Under the pieces are notes generated by a model. The model was given only the letters and a program-made list of their open reading frames with translations. It made no database searches and had not been told where the DNA came from. A program made the translations under genes and the position numbers. This document shows positions 13,413 through 24,610 of a stretch of 64,000 nt of DNA, piece after piece. This DNA is from Eledone cirrhosa (Eukaryota): NCBI GenBank assembly GCA_964016885.1, contig OZ024740.1:407402001-407466000 (forward strand), written 5' to 3'. The first letter of the stretch is position 1, and every line of letters starts with the position of its first letter.

Positions 13413-13496
13413 ATTACTAATGCATTTATAATTAGAAAAGTGAAGTGACTGCATAGAGGCTCCTTTATTGTCTCTTTACTCACTAATGTCATTTGT

Positions 13497-13686
13497 TTAA
13501 CCCTTTAGCATTTAAACTGACAATATCGGTTAAAACCGTCTGTAACTAGCTGCTCATCCGACATTAAGGTATTGTTCTCAAAATAAATAATATCAAAATC
13601 TCATAGATTCAATATTATGTGAGATAGAGCCTTTGCCATGAAAATACAATAGTAAATATAGAGTTATGTAAATGCTAAAGGGTTAA
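13497..13686. mobile_element. piggyBac-type MITE, copy 2 (internally deleted)
   Basis: TTAA-CCCTTTAGCATTTA ... TAAATGCTAAAGGG-TTAA. Confidence 0.85.
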
Positions 13687-14084
13687 ATAATTTATGAACC
13701 CAAGCAGTATTTCTACTTACTGCTAATATATAGTGAAACTGGATATTTTGTGTATTCAATAGCAGAATTGATAGGATGTCTGTCAGAATGCCTATTTATG
13801 CCACTTACACTTGGGTTGAAATACTACCAAGTGTAAACTTTACCTTTTATTTTTCCATAGTTGATGAAATAAAATACCTGTTAAGTACTGTGGTTGATTT
13901 TTTAAATCTTTTTAAAGCATTTTAGTTGAGAATGGAATTATAGCAGAACACTAAGAACACTGAGAATTAGAACTTTAAAGACTTTGAAGACTTAGACTAA
14001 GAGTTTATAACTCTAAAGCATTTAATGTTTAACTATTGACTTATTTCCATTGTTAATGTTTACATTGTACCTATGTTGAAATAT

Positions 14085-14315
14085 TTAACCCTTTAGCATT
14101 TAAACCGGCCATATCCGGCCAGGATTCTCTCGCCGCTTTCTGTTTAAACTGGTTGTAAGTGGCCACTCATACTGACGTTAAGGTATTGTTCTCAAAATAA
14201 ATAATATCAAAATCTCGTAGATTCGATATTATGTGAGATAATTATGTAAGATAAAGCCTTTACTGCGAAAATACAATAGTGTATATAGAGAGTAATGTAA
14301 ATGCTAAAGGGTTAA
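14085..14315. mobile_element. piggyBac-type MITE, copy 3
   Basis: Perfect 14-bp TIR with TTAA flanks. Confidence 0.85.
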
Positions 14316-14342
14316 CATTTATTTTGTATGAGTTTCTTTCAG

Positions 14343-14475
14343 TGCAGGTTATATTTGACTCCGCTATCTTATGAAGTGTTCGAGGAAAGTGATCTATTTA
14401 AAAATAAGGAACCATTTGAGCGTGAAAATATGTCATTGGCCATACAATTATCAAGGATCTGGATGGAGATAAAAG
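14343..14475 (+). CDS. FPGS: FPGS internal exon, probable GC donor
   Basis: ttcag|TGCAGG...; CRLYLTPLSYEVFEESDLFKNKEPFERENMSLAIQLSRIWMEIK matches FPGS C.LYL.P and N..LA.QL...W; the only donor giving a frame-compatible join near the end is AAAG|gctagt. Confidence 0.82.
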
Positions 14476-14849
14476 GCTAGTTGATTTTCTTTAAGAAATA
14501 ATGTAGTGGTGAATGCCAAAAGCAATCAAGTACCAAACAAAATGGCTTTTTATTTAGTTATGGACCTTTATATTTTGATGTCATATTCTGCTGGAATTGA
14601 CGTTTTTCCTTACATACATCCTTTCTTCTTTCCTTCTTTCTTTTCTTCCATTGAACATAAAATAAATACCAGTCATGAATTAAGGTTCATTTACTCAACC
14701 CTCTGTGCCCTCTCTCAAAATGTGTGATTTTGTGACAATGTTAAGAATTAACTTGAAGAACATAGTGTAGTAAAGTGGCAGAGTTAGTAAAATGCTAGAC
14801 TAAATAATTTTCTTTTCCTTCATTGATCTGTTTGTGAAGACTAAGACAC

Positions 14850-15260
14850 TTTCCCTCTTAAAGAAGCCTGTGCAGTGCACTCTACATGTGAGTGGAGTTC
14901 TACTGAAGCAGCTGGAGAAGTTCAACTATCTCAAGGCCATGTACATGTAATGGAAGGCAGGAGGCTGAATTAAGTGCAAAAATTGCAGGAGCTGGTGCAG
15001 TAATGTGCATGTTGTTAGAATGCCTCAGGAAAGAATCGCTGGATAGATTTTACTGGCAAGATCAACCAGAAGGATACCCAAGGGTAGATCCAGAGGAAGA
15101 CAGTTGGATAAAATCCATGAGCTTGGCTGATCTTGCTTGGGGATCCAGGTGGATTAATTGGAGAGTATAGCTTCTGACAGGACCCACTGAAAGGCATGTT
15201 TGAGGGCTCTGCCCCCATGACCCTCTCAGGAATAAATGGGAGGAGGAGGAGAAGAAAAAG
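14850..15260 (+). mobile_element. RTE-clade LINE 3' fragment, degraded
   Basis: Translates LKQLEKFNYL...GRQEAELSAKIAGAGAVM and RMPQER...PKGRSRGR.LD.I.ELG, resembling RTE C-termini (V..FKYLG; RP.GRPR.RW.D). Confidence 0.6.
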
Positions 15261-15410
15261 AAATCCATCAATGAATAACCAAACTTCGTGACCTACAGAT
15301 GAGACTAGTGTGCTCAACTCCTCTTCTGTTTGTTATAGTTTTTTTTGTTTTACCTCAAGCAAAGTCTGATTAAAAACATTCAAGCCGTGACTATCCTTAT
15401 CTTCAGAAAT

Positions 15411-15951
15411 AGTATATCTGGGTTTATATTGTCCAATGTATCCCTCTTCAGAATGACAGTGTAGTTTGAATGAGATTTAGACAGTCTAAGTATATCTGGG
15501 TTTATATTGTCCAATGTATCCCTTTTCAGAATGACAGTGTAGTTTGAATGAGATTTAGACAGTCTAAGTATATCTGGGTTTATATTGTCCAATGTATCCC
15601 TCTTCAGAATGACAGTGTAGTTTGAATGAGATTTAGACAGTCTAAGTATATCTGGGTTTATATTGTCCAATGTATCCCTCTTCAGAATGACAGTGTAGTT
15701 TGAATGAGATTTAGACAGTCTAAGTATATCTGGGTTTATATTGTCCAATGTATCCCTTTTCAGAATGACAGTGTAGTTTGAATGAGATTTAGACAGTCTA
15801 AGTATATCTTGGTTTATATTGTCCAATGTATCCCTCTTCAGAATGACAGTGTAGTTTGAATGAGATTTAGACAGTCTAAGTATATCTTGGTTTATATTGT
15901 CCAATGTATCCCTCTTCAGAATGACAGTGTAGTTTGAATGAGATTTAGACA
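15411..15951. repeat. 78-bp tandem repeat, about 7 near-identical copies
   Basis: AGTATATCTGGGTTTATATTGTCCAATG... recurs at 15411, 15489 and onward; gives a 26-aa period in the minus-strand ORF. Confidence 0.95.
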
Positions 15952-16030
15952 GATTGTAGGCTCACTCCTCTTCTATTTAGATTGATAGGAACATATCAAT
16001 TCACAAGCTAATAAAACATTTGTCAATTTT

Positions 16031-16222
16031 ATAATAATTGTTTCTAATTTTTTGGCACAAGGCCAGCAATTACCCAGTACATTACTGGTACTTTATTTTA
16101 TCGACCCCGTAAGGATGAAAGGCAAAGTGAACCTCGGCGGGATTTGAACTCAGATCGTAAAGGGACGTAACTATGCTGGAAAGCATGGCGTCCGACTCTC
16201 TACCGATACTGCCAATCCAGCT
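16031..16222 (-). mobile_element. Near full-length SINE (family A)
   Basis: Reverse complement of family A including GGGATTTGAACTC (B box) and the head. Confidence 0.88.
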
Positions 16223-16237
16223 GCTATCTAGAGCTGT

Positions 16238-16411
16238 CAGTGTCCAATTTACCATTGTGCCTAGGTGTGGTTAAGTGCAGGGGCCTGTTGGCCAGGAGGT
16301 GGGGAGGGGGGCATCTTCCTGCCCCCAAAATCTTTTACAATGTTTTTTCAAATGTAAGGGGCCTCATAATTTAACTAGCACAGGGTCTCATTTGTCCTAA
16401 ATCCGGCACTG
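16238..16411. mobile_element. hAT-type MITE
   Basis: Imperfect TIR CAGTGTCCAATTT / AAATCCGGCACTG with 8-bp TSD AGAGCTGT (16230-16237, 16412-16419). Confidence 0.7.
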
Positions 16412-16779
16412 AGAGCTGTCCCCTCTTTTATAACTCCTGCTGTGTCTCATCTCCCAAGCCAAACAATTAGTGCCATTTTCCAATCTAAGTAGCCTCTTCT
16501 CAAGGATTTTCAGGCCAGGTATTTTTCTTTTATTCTTTTATTCTTTTATGGAATTAGTGTGTAGCCATACGAAGGGACTGTTCTGCTTTAGTTGATTATA
16601 TCAACCCCAGTGTTTATATTATTTTTCAAGTCTGGTATTTATTTTATTGATCTCTTTTATGTTAATCTCAATATTATAAACTGAAGAAACCCAAATCATC
16701 AAAAAAACTATTTAAACTATAGGAAGAGGAGAGGAGGATAAATCATTGCAAAATTTTAGTCTCTGTGTTTTATTTTCAG

Positions 16780-16866
16780 TTGATAAAACCTTCGAAGGAC
16801 CTGGAGACAGCAGAGAAATTATTCCTGTTCTCCCTCCTATTCTTGAAGATGATAGAGTTATTACAG
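16780..16866 (+). CDS. FPGS: FPGS internal exon (linker preceding the WPGR exon)
   Basis: tttcag|TTGAT...ATTACAG|gtaatt; (V)DKTFEGPGDSREIIPVLPPILEDDRVIT(G); 87 bp, phase 1/1, ends on the G expected before L...WPGR. Confidence 0.72.
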
Positions 16867-16884
16867 GTAATTATAACTTTACTT

Positions 16885-17150
16885 CATCATCATCATCATC
16901 ATCATTGTTTAACGTCTATCTTCCACGCTAGCAAGGGTTTAGACAGGAATTGTCCCACTTTAGGCAAGATTGGTCGGGTGACTGTGTCTCACTCGTATAG
17001 GACTGTCTGGCAGGTTTTCTATGGCTGGATGTCCTTCCTAACACCAACCACGTTTACAGTGTGGACTGGGAGGTTTTTACTATGTTACCTACACAGCCAC
17101 ATTACAGCGTGGACTGTGTGTTTTTTTGTTGTGACACCTACACAACCTCA
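16885..17150 (-). mobile_element. SINE/LINE-tail repeat (family C) with (GAT)n tail
   Basis: (CAT)n-TGTTTAACGTC...GGCTGGATGTCCTTCCTAACACC; inverse of 17775-18015. Confidence 0.7.
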
Positions 17151-17465
17151 TTTATTTTGGACAGGATGTTGTGATACCAACATAACTTTACAGAGAAAGG
17201 GTGGTGTTGGTGGGAGTGGGAATTTTATATGTATGTTTAACTATGTGTGCATATATAGATATATGCAGGTATATGTATACGTACATATATTTATGTGTGT
17301 GTGTCTGAAAATATGGATTCTAATTTGTTTCACAGGTCTTTACATTTTCTTATATATTATCATTATACTCTCTCTTTCCATGCTTGCATGGGTTAGAATG
17401 AAACATTCTGAAACCTACTGAAGCCATATTTTATAAGTATGGTATATATTAATAACATTTCACAA

Positions 17466-17686
17466 TCTTCTTCTTTGGCCCCACTCAGTCACGAATGACC
17501 ATGGTTTTGCACCTAGAAAGATTCCCTCTGAGGCACAAGCCTGGGCAAGGTTTGTTTTGTGGAAGACCAGCAGTCGCCCATGCATACCAGCCCCCCCCCC
17601 CCCCCCCTTCTCCACGCCGCTGATGTTGTCCAAGGGAAAAGCAATGGCCGATACAACTTGACACCAGTGACGTCGCAACATTTCAC
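17466..17686 (-). mobile_element. Truncated retroposon with short (AAG)n tail
   Basis: GC-richer insert flanked by the 15-bp direct repeat AATAACATTTCACAA (17451-17465, 17687-17701). Confidence 0.65.
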
Positions 17687-17774
17687 AATAACATTTCACA
17701 AACCGAAAACCCGAGTTTCAACGGGTACAAGCCGAAGCCGAAGCATATAGACAATATGATCCCATGCCCCTCCC

Positions 17775-18015
17775 ACTATAAAGTGGTCATGTAGGTGTCA
17801 TGACAAAAAGCACCCAGTCCACACTGTAAAGTGGTCGTGTAGGTGCCATGGTAAAAAAGCACCCAATACTCACTGTAAATGAAGATGGTGTTAGGAAGGG
17901 CATCCAGCTGTAGAAACCGAGCCAAAGTCAGTACTATATCAGCAAGACTTGGTCACCTGACCTGGCATTGCCCACAACAGGACACCCTGTCTAACCCATG
18001 CTAGCATGGAAACAT
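17775..18015 (+). mobile_element. Family C repeat
   Basis: AAAAAGCACCCAGTCCACACTGTAAAGTGG...GGTGTTAGGAAGGGCATCCAGCTGTAGAAACC...CCCATGCTAGCATGGAAA. Confidence 0.7.
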
Positions 18016-18057
18016 TGAGAGAGAGAGATAAAGATACACACACACACACACATATAT

Positions 18058-18225
18058 AATGGTCTTCCTTCCAATTTCCATCTACCTAATTCCCACACAA
18101 GGTATTGATTGGTCACTCTAAAGTTATAGTAGAAGACATCTGTCATAGGGGCCAGACAGTGTGACTAAACTTGAAACTATATGTCAAACCAAACTTCTTA
18201 ACCACACAGCCATACCTACACCTAT
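18058..18225 (-). mobile_element. tRNA-headed SINE (family B) 5' part
   Basis: AACTTCTTAACCACACAGCCATACCT is the reverse complement of the head seen at 12870. Confidence 0.5.
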
Positions 18226-19089
18226 CTTTTTATATATTTTTTATATATTTTCCCTATTTATCTTGATTTTTGTATTTGTTTTGCAAGATATTTGATGTGA
18301 AATTGTATGTTGAAATAGATATTGTTGTATTTTGGGAGGGTCATACTGGCAATAAAAACACACGTACTGGTTGAGTTGAACTTCAGTTAGTAAGTAATCA
18401 ATCAATTAATTGATCAAACAATTAAGTAATGTTTATTTTTTTTAAATTTTGAATTGTAAAATGTTTTATTGTAAAAAATGCAAGTGTCTTTTGTGGTTAT
18501 AAAAACGGAAAAGGAAGGGAAAAATCAAGGGCTCTATGGTCACAGAAGAATGGGAGGTGGAAGGTGCAGGGCTCTAGGCCTAGGGTGTGGCGGTGTTGGG
18601 GCTGCACTCTGCAGGCAAGACCACAAAAGCATAATTAATTGTCAAAGTCCTTTTGTCACAAATTGTTACAATATCAATGACTGTTACGCTCTTTGTCTCT
18701 ATCTTCTTCTTTCAGGGCCTCATTTCATGCCATTAGATAGTCAAATGGAATATTTTGCGGTATTCATTCCAATTCGTTATGCTCTCAGTTCAAATCATGT
18801 TGAAGCCAATTTGCTTTCCATGCTTTAATCACCCCCCCCCCCTCTCTTTATCTCACACATGTACTTTATCTCTGGAACAAATGGACTGTGTTCAAACCTG
18901 GAGAGGGATGAGCATCATAAAGCTTAAAATGATGGCACTCATCCAAACCCATTAGAAGTCCAGGGTTCATTGATATTTGTATGTATGCAGGCATGCAGCG
19001 TAGTAGTTAGGGTGCTGAGCTCATGATCGTAAGGACATGAGTTCGATTCTTATCTATATTCTCATGCTATTTATATTTACATGACACCT

Positions 19090-20088
19090 TATATTCCCAT
19101 CTCTCTGTCTATATTAATATCTCCCTCTCTATATTTATATCTCCCTGTCTATATTAATATCTCCCTGTCTATATTCCCATCTCTCTGTCTATATTAATAT
19201 CTCCCTGTCTATATTTATATCTCCCTGTCTATATTAATATCTCCCTCTCTATATTAATATCTTCTGTCTATATTAATATCTTCCTGTCTATATTAATATC
19301 TCTCTATCTATATTAATATCTCCCTGTCTATATTAATATCTCTCTGTCTATATTAATATCTCCCTGTCTATATTAATATCTCCCTGTCTATATTAATATC
19401 TTCCTGTCTATATTCCCATCTCTCTGTCTATATTAATATCTTCCTGTCTATATTAATATCTCCCTGTCTATATTAATATCTCCCTATCTATATTAATATC
19501 TTTTGTCTATATTAATATCTCCCTGTCTATATTAATATCTCTCTATCTATATTAATATCTCCCTGTCTATATTAATATCTCCCTGTCTATATTAATATCT
19601 CCCTGTCTATATTAATATCTCTCTGTCTATATTAATATCTCTCTATCTACATTAATATCTCCCTGTATATATTAATATCTCCCTGTCTATATTAATATCT
19701 CCCTATCTATATTAATATCTCCCTGTCTATATTAATATCTCCCTCTCTATAATAATATCTTCTGTCTATATTAATATGTCCCTGTCTATATTAATATCTC
19801 TCTATCCATATTAATATCTCCCTGTCTATATTAATATCTCTCTGTCTATATTAATATCTCCCTGTCTATATTAATATCTCCCTATCTATATTAATATCTC
19901 CCTGTCTATATTAATATCTCCCTGTCTATATTAATATCTCCCTGTCTATATTCCCATCTCTCTGTCTATATTAATATCTCCCTGTCTATATTTATATCTC
20001 CCTGTCTATATTAATATCTCCCTCTCTATATTAATATCTCTCTGTCTATATTAATATCTCTCTGTCTATATTAATATCTCCCTATCTA
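19090..20088. repeat. 20-bp satellite block 1 (TCTATATTAATATCTCCCTG)n
   Basis: Direct 20-nt periodicity. Confidence 0.98.
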
Positions 20089-20886
20089 GGTCACCTGAGG
20101 GCTGTCTGTCCCCAACTTAATAAGAAAACCCCAATCCTGCCTACACCACCAACAACTGCACAACCAACACAATCACCACAACTACCACTACAAAAACAAC
20201 CACCACAGCTCAAACCAAAACAAAACAATGTCCAACCCATCCCCTCCACTCAAAAAACAAAAACAATTTCCAAAACACCCGTACCGCAAACACAACCCGA
20301 AAATATACCCCTCCCCTCCAACGCGGAAGATGACCCTAGTTCGTCGTCAGACGAGGAGGAGCACTTCCACACAATCAAAAGAAAAAAAAGAAAACACACC
20401 TCAGACACACAAATGAAAAAAAACCCTCCCCAAAACATAACACTGACACCAACACAAAAGAGCTCACAACAGCAAACAAAAAACACCACACAAAAACAAA
20501 AACATGCATACACATACATAAATACAAGAAACAAAAAACTGTTAAACATTGTGTACAACAACAATCTAATAAAAACACAAGGGCCTAACTTCACCCAGGC
20601 AGGGGATTTCCCCCACCTCAAAATGATTAAGGCCCCACAGGACACCTATAAAACTTTAAAAAACAATTTTAAAGAGGACGTGGGTCCCCCCTGCGTCGGG
20701 CCCATTAACCGCGTCCTCCTAAAAAACTATCCCACCCCCTCCCCAAACACCCTCACAACTCCAAGCTCCCCAACCACACAACACACTGATGCCCCCACAC
20801 TTCCACAAACCACCACCCCACCCAACAACCCATCCCCCACCCTAATGGAAATTGTGCAGCCCGATACCCGGGACGCAGAGAGGTAA
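20089..20886 (+). pseudogene. Retrotransposon ORF1 (gag-like) C-terminal remnant
   Basis: Starts GHLRAVCP (H-x4-C end of a CCHC knuckle), then low-complexity P/T/K-rich sequence not in a single frame; stop TAA at 20884-20886. Confidence 0.65.
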
Positions 20887-20910
20887 GTGCCTTTTCTCTT
20901 CACCACCAAC

Positions 20911-23900
20911 ATGGCTATGCTAAGAGTAGGCTGTTTAAATGCGCGTGGCCTGGGCTCAACTTGGAAGCAAGCAATGCTTCTAAATGACCTCAGGTCACAA
21001 CGTATAGATGTGATGGTTATTTGCGAGGCCCGGATCAGCAACGTGCGACAGCTGTCCCCCACCTTTGATGACTTTGAGATGCACGCATCTCTCTGTCAGC
21101 CCGGAGGTGGGGGTGGAGTTGTCGTTCTGCTGCAAAAACATCTGGGTCTCGCAACACAGATGGTACATTTGGACCCGGAGGGTCGACTAGTGGTTCTGGA
21201 CCTTGGCAGTGGTAAAGGCGGAGCGTTTAGGTTGGTAGCCGCCTACGGCCCTTTCGGGTCAATGCGGCCGGACTTCTTCCATCGTCTGGAGACTTTTCTA
21301 GGGACGTCCCGCTCCTTGCTATTAGTGGGGGACTGGAATGGTATCCTAGATGTACGCTGGGACTACGTAGGGGCCTGCCCCGATAGAGAGGGGTGTAATA
21401 GCCTCAAAGGGTTAATCGGTCGATTTGACCTGGCCGATAGATATCGACTAGATTTTCCGACTGCGCCAACCTGGACTTGGGCAAATCGTAGCGGATCATC
21501 TAGGTCGTACCTAGATAGGTTCTTAGTTAGAATTAAGGATAAGGACTTTTTAAGTTGTCCAAAAATGCGCATGGTTGGCTATTCAGACCACAAATTAGTG
21601 ACCTGCATGGTCAACCTTGACAGAACTCATAGACAGGGCCCCGGTTACTGGAAGCTCAACTTGTCCTTGCCGGCAAGTAGAGCCTACAGGATTCGGATTA
21701 GTACGTTAGTTAAGGAACGGTTGACTGGAGCGATCGTCAACAGCAGGTGGTGGGTATCTCTAAAGAGAGAGATTAGAGTAGTCTCGTTAGAATTTAGTAA
21801 GGTTCTAGCTGCGGATAGGAATAGGAAGGAAAGGGAGCTAATAGATAGAGTAGAAGAGGCAATTAGAAGCGGCGACGTGGCCAGAGTGCTAGCGTCGAGA
21901 ACGGCTTTGAGCCAGTTTTTCGACGCGAAGCACGAAGGCTGCGTTGTCCGAAGTAAAATACGTGCTCTAGGGAACGAGGGGACCAAAGCTGTTAGCTGGG
22001 CCCGCGTGACAGAGGCCAACAGTGGAACTAAATCCACCATCCGGTCTTTGCGAGACCTGGATGGACGGGCGATTCTTGAGCCTAAGCAGATGTGTGAGGC
22101 CTTTCAAAGGCACTTTGCCCGACTGTTCGGGAGGGGCGGGGAGCCGGTTGGGAACGTGGACTTCGGTCCATACCTCGACGGCCTGCCGCGCCTCTCGGAC
22201 AGGGAGGCGAAGTCCTGCGAGGAGCCGATTTCGGCCGCTGAGATAGAGGACGTGCTGAGCCAATGCGGCAAACGCAAATCCCCGGGTCTCGATGGTCTTC
22301 CTTACGAATTATATCTAGCTATGCCGGACTTGTTCCCCGATCTCCTCGAGGCGGTCTACTGCAACTGGCAACAGAACGGGAGAATTCCCTGTACTGTGAC
22401 CAAGGGCGTAGTCACGCTAGTGAGGAAGGACGAGAACAAGGGGGACGAAATAAGTAACTTCAGGCCCATAACACTGCTAAATACAGAGTTACAGATTTTG
22501 GCCAAGGTGCTAGCAAAGAGGTTGGCGCTTGTCGTGGGCAACCTGGTGGGAGATGCGCAGACATGCGCTATCCCGTCCAGGTCCATCCATGACAACCTCC
22601 ACCTCATGCGATACATCATAGAGAGGGTTGGGAACGAACCCGGCTTTGGTGGGGCTCTGATCAACTTGGATCAATCTAAGGCGTTCGATAGGGTCGACCA
22701 TGGTTACCTGGATGCGGTGCTAGCGGCGGCAGGCTTCGGACCCGTTTTCAGGGGCTGGATCACTGCTATGCACAGCAGCCGCATCTGCTCTAGGGTCAAG
22801 GTGAACGGCTACCTCTCGGAGCCGTTCAAAATCGCGCGGTCCATCCGACAAGGGTGCCCTCTCTCCTCCCTTCTGTATGTGTTGACTCTCGAGCCACTAC
22901 TGCGGAAGTTGGAGTTGTTGCAGGGCATCCCTTTGGAACCGGGATTGCGGAAAGCGGTGTCGGCCTACGCCGATGACGTGACAGTAATGGTGTCGACGGC
23001 CTCCGAAATCGAGGCGGTCGGCACCTTACTGGAGGAGTACGAAAAGTTCACAGGGGCTAAGCTGAACCGGGACAAGTCGATCGGTTTGTAACTCGGCACG
23101 TGGAGGGGCAGACCAATGCCCTCCGATAGCGTCGTCGGACGCTGGACGGAGGGCCCGGTGAAGTTGCTCGGGGTCTGGTTCGGACCGGACCTCCAGGTGG
23201 AGAAAAACTGGGCGGAGGTTACGAACAGGGTGTTTGCACTGACCCAGAAGTGGGCCAGTTGCAAACTATCCCTGAAAGGTCGGGCGGAGGTGGCGAACAC
23301 CTACATAGCGTCCGTCATCTACTACCGCCTGACCGTAGTGCCCTGCCCAAGGGAAACCCTCACCAAGATGGAGCGCGCGCTCTTCCAATTCCTTTGGAAG
23401 AGGCGGGCTCCTATGGTGAGGAGATCCATCTGCTGTCAACACCCTTCGAAAGGAGGGCTGGGGATGCCGTGGCTAATGATGCGTAAACACGCATTAAGGC
23501 TACGGCACCTCTACGTATTCCTCACCGGACAACCGGTGTGGGCCTCGTTTGTGAGACGAACCTTTCCCAGACTCGTCTCACTCACCGAGCTGCAATCCTG
23601 GGTCAAGCAAAGACCGAGAAAACTGGGCGCCTGGCACACTGAGTGTGCCCAGGTGCTCACCGCCCTCTGGCAGGCGGATCCGGTTGTCAGTGGAGACTCC
23701 ACCGCAACATTCTATAGAGGGCTGGTACGCAGCAGGTGCGACGACGCCCTCGGAGAAGCCCTAGACATTGAGGAGGACGAACTGGCCAGCCTGTTCGGTA
23801 GGACATTCAGCCCGGGACCTATGGACAACTTCCAGAAGTCCCTGGCCTGGCAGTGCTACCGAGGGGCTTTACCCGTTCGAGAAAGGCTCTACAGACACGG

Positions 23901-24348
23901 GCGCCCGGGTAGGGACCCCGCCAAAAAGATCTGTCCCAGATGCGTGTGCGACGAGGAAACCGTTGCACACGCATTAGTACACTGCTCGGGCGTAGCCGAT
24001 CTGTGGGGCTATGTCGAACAACTGCTGTCAAGGGTGGGACCGATCCGGTTGACCACCGAGTCTATTGTAATGATCAAGCCGCCTCCCCCCTTCAAAGATG
24101 AAGCAGAGGCGGTGTTTCTGTGCGTAATAGCCATGGCGAAAGAGGTTGTATGGTGGACGCGTCTGAAAGGACTGAGGTCGGGCACCTTTCTCTCTGGCCA
24201 ACAACTGGTCCGTTTCTTCCGATATCATTTCGGAAGAAGGATCAGGATGGAGAGAGAGGTGCTGCACCCCAGCCGTTTCTATGAAAGATGGGTGAAAGTG
24301 GCGAGAATGGCCCGTGTGAATGGGCCTTCACTCTACATCAGACTATAG
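20911..24348 (+). pseudogene. ORF2: APE endonuclease, reverse transcriptase and C-terminal zinc finger (about 1145 codons) with one in-frame stop at 23089-23091
   Basis: APE: LNARGL, CE, AYGP, GDWN, LDRF, SDH; GPGYWKLN; RT: KSPGLDG, FRPITLLN, LDQSKAFDRVDH, RQGCPLS, YADD, LLGV; CPRC..EET..H....C. ORFs 20887 and 23116 share a frame, and copy 2 has CAA at the stop. Confidence 0.93.
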
Positions 24349-24610
24349 GTGAGGAAGATGAAAGACCAAGGGAGCACCCCTTCTCTGTGCTCCTGAGGAG
24401 AAGGGTTGCACACTTTTTTCGGGGGTGTGTGCGACCCCCCAAGGCGCCTCCTCTCTATTGAGGATTTTGTTAAAAATTTTATTTTTTGTTATATCTTATT
24501 TTATTTTTATATTTTGTTATTGCCTCCTCCTTATTGAGGACGCCTTTTTGTGTAAACTCCCCCCTTTGTACTTGTCCCACTTTTGATGCCCTAGTGGCAA
24601 ATAAAAGAAA

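Larger units (their letters stand above)
20089..24610 (+). mobile_element. Tx1/L1-clade non-LTR retrotransposon copy 1, 5'-truncated within ORF1
   Basis: ORF1 C-terminal remnant, APE-RT ORF2 and a 260-bp 3' UTR ending AATAAAAGAAA; satellite on both sides. Confidence 0.95.

Noticed and set aside
15380-15904. 174-aa ORF with 26-aa repeats
   Set aside because: By-product of a 78-bp intronic tandem repeat on the antisense strand
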